From positions 41,168,001 through 41,232,000 of the forward strand of contig OZ231126.1 in NCBI GenBank assembly GCA_965153355.1: 64,000 bases of DNA, given 5' to 3'. The notes under the pieces are model-generated. The model did not search any database and was not told where the DNA came from. It saw only the letters and a list, made by a program, of their open reading frames with translations. Shown in pieces: positions 60,801-64,000 of the stretch (positions within the stretch are counted from its first letter, which is position 1; each line of letters starts with the position of its first letter). The DNA comes from Flaccisagitta enflata (taxonomy: Eukaryota). A program made the translations under genes and the position numbers.

Positions 60801-61321
60801 CCGCCTTCGAGCACCGATAAGTCCACGGAGGAGGATGAGGATGAGGAGGCGTCGAGCATCAAAAGTCGCTTTCGGTGCGTTCTTTCGCGATGCGACTCGA
60901 ATATAGCGTGCCAACCGGCGACAATTTTCGCGACTCCACCATCTACTGCGTCCAGTTTACGTGGCGCCGGTTTCACCCCCATAACGCTTTCAGCATCATC
61001 ACTAACCGCGTCTTCGAAGTGGACGAGCTGTTCCAATCCTCTCAGCGAGAATCCGTCGATGCCTTTCGTGAGCCAATAATCAAACAGATCCTCGATTTCC
61101 CGTTTGACGGCGGCGGAGGCGAGATTCAGCGTCGGAAATCCGCTGCTGCTGCGGAGGTAGAACTGCCCGCGAACAGAATCGAAGACCCAAGCAGGATTGC
61201 CGTCGTTCAGAGTAAGAGACGATGGAGGAGGTGGAGGAAAGGAAGAAGAAGAAGAGGGGGCGTCCGCCCACACGAAGAAATCTCGGTAGAAATCCGAAGA
61301 AGATGTAGCCCGACGACTCGC
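53918..61321 (-). CDS. GH13 alpha-glucosidase-fold protein, SLC3 amino-acid transporter heavy chain-like (rBAT/4F2hc), 3' exons only
   Basis: Exons 61321-60511 (YRDFFVWAD, AWVFDSVRGQFYL, PTLN, YWLTKGIDGFSLRGL, LLPG), 54979-54652 (GTPVMYYGDEIGM, TPMQW, GGFT, NVQVQ), 54155-53918 (YLIAVN...LRPGEGVVVKL, stop). The catalytic nucleophile Asp is replaced, as in 4F2hc. The N-terminal exons and any TM anchor were not found in the window. Confidence 0.85.
55371..55640 (+). pseudogene. Decayed partial paralog of the 3' end of the F-box/WD40 gene
   Basis: MAQTRGDHQEEGAVKGVRVKPTLDILPDITI*, then a frameshift, then RYSRRNIMFIIDDVDVNGRRFSILDQHPDQ. This aligns with 59942-60170 (MAQSQSSNHNAEGTIDGTRVIPTISIMPDITI...SRKNIIFVKEDADERSFSVWDQHPDQ). 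Confidence 0.8.
56440..57632 (-). mobile_element. 3' fragment of a CR1-group non-LTR retrotransposon, split by a family B insertion
   Basis: Minus-strand peptides SPWLEKD (about 57610-57630), KKQLEEVQER*VRMI and RVAKKWNEIPEWVKEKDSVNAFKNAYDKW resemble CR1-like ORF2 C-termini. Confidence 0.65.
56906..57609 (+). mobile_element. Helentron-like non-autonomous element, family B (IR arms around an internal ~21-bp tandem array)
   Basis: TTTTGGGCAGCGGC...GGGGACGAAGTCCTGTAGAACA arm, (CTCAGGCCTCAAATCTGGCCT)n array, complementary arm TGTTCTACAGGACTTCGTCCCCTTCGGGGCCGCTGCCC, tail GGGTATCGCTGACCA with GCCCTTGGGC hairpin. Confidence 0.75.
58148..59578 (+). CDS. Intronless F-box/WD40 protein, divergent beta-TrCP (FBXW1/11, Slimb)-like, nested antisense in the SLC3-like intron
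   Basis: ATG at 58148 in CAAAATGG context, 476 codons. FDIISAL...GLDHVVERIWSLLDWRSLGKATLVCHSWNEILKDESYWQEMI...DRKWRIL resembles the beta-TrCP F-box. Degenerate WD40 repeats follow (GHELQITSL...VVGCSDGQV, LLITNSDDWAIGVWRL). Confidence 0.75.
   Translation: MAKMASVRSKSGKGSIYTTTNPPSTIDSTPSSQSSFDIISALTRDAGLDHVVERIWSLLDWRSLGKATLVCHSWNEILKDESYWQEMIMNRARHDRKWRILVRRFLGKFHNFHCDNDGNLIDVQTSDVQTSTTADGQTDYDQVANGDADAAIQDDINTNCNTASQDAEFASVDGVKQTAVASAEFVAKDIGIATFAGPANPSFQAHALDDLESVKGLLRNHFFLSQTPLAQHHKLPSMRQIYFNVSNLTNHILGRLDEKMSPTTSGQTIRRAEVVEPLQIARLTNGHELQITSLYYFELLRRYVVGCSDGQVVCFGELSLTTKEHFKAGAGAIHHLASYDRFLITYANKEKRTPIKFWSSLVVVENGVRVRRLTCVFQLPTNGVGSYHPFRVREDLLITNSDDWAIGVWRLKSLGDAGIALRPIFTHDCANERECDSCDLFDVDGDFVAWFRGYAFRPCEETGVIICDLDEGDAGR
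59579..60172 (+). pseudogene. In-frame continuation of the F-box/WD40 ORF past the UGA (nonsense-disrupted tail or readthrough extension)
   Basis: The same frame stays open for 197 sense codons after TGA 59576-59578 (RRLTANEAQRRHHRCQKIVIG...WDQHPDQSGK) until TAG 60170-60172. Confidence 0.6.
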
Positions 61322-62538
61322 CTAGGAAGAGAAACAGAATGAAAGATAGATAATGAGCATATTAGAGTTGTTGACTAGCAACTTTTTTGCATATTGTAAT
61401 AAAACGCTATTGCGACGTTATTTCTACCTAGAATGTCAAAGGGTAATATATGCTTGCTAAAAGAGTACGACATGAAGAACCGAAAAAAGGCACTTTTTAT
61501 TCAGGCTTATTGATGGCCTCGTAGAGCTTCAAAATGATCATTTTTGACCTGGTGAAGAAGCCATTGCCTCCCCTACTATCCCCTTATAGGCCTTTGTTAG
61601 AAAAATAGCCACTAGGCAAGGTTTTGACAACGGAAATATTCAATTAGGAGAAAGAAAATATTAGAAAACATTGGAAATCAGCTGAGAAAAATTTTCGAAC
61701 TTTTTTTTCATTTGAATAGTATCGCCAATGTGTTAAAATTCTCATCAATTCTGCAGTACATATAAGCTCGTATACTTGTGAAATACAAATGATATTTTTT
61801 GCATAGCTTCATGTTAACTTTATATACCCCTTTTAAAAAAAAATCTTGTCCACTGTCAGGTAATAATCAATAATTGAAAATTTTCAGTTGACACCTTCCG
61901 TTCACAAAAAATCCCTCTTCCTGTCAACGCAGCTCCTTGAAATTTTTACTGTAGATGAAGGACGCGCCTGACTGTGTGCATGTCAAATTTTATGAAAATC
62001 CATTGATGGGAAGTGGGGTTTTTGTCATTTTTTTCTTCAAAAACCAAGAAAATTAGAACTTTTGAAAAAAACATTCTCTGTGGCGTAAATTTTATTACGG
62101 CTTTAAATTGAAAAAATTCGCATTTTCAAAAACATCAGATTTTACTAGCGTCTGATGTTCTTCATTTTTTCATTTTTTCATTTTTTTCCATGCGAATTTA
62201 AAATTTACAGCAGGACTTGTTATGCAAAATTTATCTCATCGAAATCGATTATAATCAGAAATAGTTATCTACAGTCTAAGGACCTTCAGCTACCAAGCAA
62301 TTATACTATCTGAAAGACTAAAATAATGCATTTCACTTCCCCGCTTAAAAAAAATGAATTCTGATCATTGAATTTTGAGTGTCTCAAGTCGGTAGCGCAA
62401 ACCAATTATTCATTAGAATGGACACATAGGTTGAAATCTGTGAAAATGTGTATCTTGCAATATTTAGTGTATGTGTGTGCGTGTGTGCGTGAGCGTGTGT
62501 ATGTATATGTGTGTGTGTGTGCGCGTGTGTGTGTGCAC

Positions 62539-62628
<90 letters not shown>

Positions 62629-62724
62629 AGCAAACACAGAGATGAGATGTGTGTACATTCCATCCAAAATGCCAAAAGATTTGTGGAGGAGCCCCTGATT
62701 CTGTCATGGAAAGAAAGAAAGGAA

Positions 62725-62764
<40 letters not shown>

Positions 62765-62909
62765 ATGAATGAATGAATGAATGAATGAATGAATGAATGA
62801 ATGAATGAATGAAAGAATGAAAGAATGAAAGAATGAAAGAATGAAAGAATGAAAGAATGAAAGAATGAAAGAAAGAATAAAAGAATACAGCAAAGAAATG
62901 AAAAATAAA

Positions 62910-63832
62910 CAAAAGCGTTAGATGGTCAGCGCTACCCGTTGCCCCTATGTGAGTCCCGTTGCCCCTATGTGAGTTGGTGTGGGTGTGAGGTTGATAGAGG
63001 GGCAGCGGCCCTGAAGGGGCCAATGATCGATGCTGTCTTTATTGCAGGTGGGATGTGAGCCTCAAAGCTGAGATGTGAGCCTCGGGGCTGGGATTTAAGC
63101 CTCGAGACTGGGATTTGAGTATCAAGACTGTGAAATTTGAGCCTCAAGGCTGGAATTTGAGCTTCAAGACTGGGATTTGAGCCTCCAGACTGGGATTTGA
63201 GCTTCAAGACTGGGATTAGACTTTTAGAGCCTCCAGACTGGGATTTGAAACTCACTCCATTCAACTTGATCTCTTTTTGGGCAGCGGCCCCAAAGGGCCG
63301 ATGTCGTGTAAAACACGGGGGGGGGGAGGAGAATTTCCAGACATCCATTCTTCCGTCAGTCCTTTTGTCCATCCATCCATCTGTACTTCTGTCCTTCCAT
63401 CCGTCCCCCCCCCATTGGCCATCAAGGCCTCAAATTTGCCCTCCCAGTCATCAATTTAACCCTCAAGGCCTCAAATCAGCCTTCCAGGCTTCAAATCAGC
63501 TCCCCCCAGCCTCAAATCTGACCTCCACACCTCAAATCTGCCCTCCAGACCTTCAATTAAATTCTCCAAGATCAAATCAGCACTCCTGGCCCAAATTCTT
63601 CTCAAACCTCAAATCTCTCAAAGCCTCTATTCTGCCCCCCAGCCTTCAAATATGCCTTCGTTGGCCTAAATCAGTCATCTAAGGCCTGAAATATGCCCCC
63701 TTAGGACGCCTGGGAAATTCCACCTGTTCTACAGGACATTGGTCCTCGTGGCCGCTGCCCTGCTCTAACTCCACTTCACTACCAGCAGGACATCGGGTAC
63801 TGCTGACCATGTGCGATCCTTGGATGACTAGT
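62910..63832. mobile_element. Two divergent family B copies (minus, then plus)
   Basis: Minus copy about 62910-63250 with a 20-bp array; plus copy about 63274-63832. Confidence 0.7.
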
Positions 63833-64000
63833 TTTTCTTAATTGGCTACCGCCTCCGACAAAATTATTTTTTGGTCTTTTACTGTTCATGGAAACCTGAC
63901 TGTAACTAAGAGGGAATCTTGTTTTGGCGGTTAAAAATTTAAAACTTCTCGCGCTGCCCACACACACACACACACACACAAGACACACACACACACACAC

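Noticed and set aside
58247..61342. Opposite-strand shadow ORFs over the F-box gene and the SLC3 exon
   Set aside because: They are antisense by-products of real coding sequence and show no motifs.

Overview
Repeat-rich eukaryotic (invertebrate metazoan-like) genomic DNA; the taxon cannot be fixed from this window. Positions 1-40 kb contain no recognisable host exons: microsatellites, an ~82-bp satellite, two Helentron-like non-autonomous families, several MITEs, and a nested hAT-in-hAT transposon complex with two intact 8-bp TSDs. Positions 41-64 kb hold four genes. (1) A secreted Cys-rich protein on the minus strand (chitin-binding-like, antistasin-like, one full and two half thyroglobulin type-1 modules) with a frameshift that an alternative acceptor could bypass. 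(2) The 3' exons of an ENT4/SLC29A4-like transporter (+); no upstream exons were found, so gene 1 probably lies in its intron. (3) The 3' exons of a catalytically dead GH13, SLC3 heavy-chain-like gene (-), convergent with the ENT gene. (4) Inside a GC-AG intron of gene 3, an intronless antisense beta-TrCP-like F-box/WD40 ORF interrupted by one in-frame UGA (UGA-CGG), plus a decayed partial paralog. All family assignments come from motif recognition by eye, not database searches.
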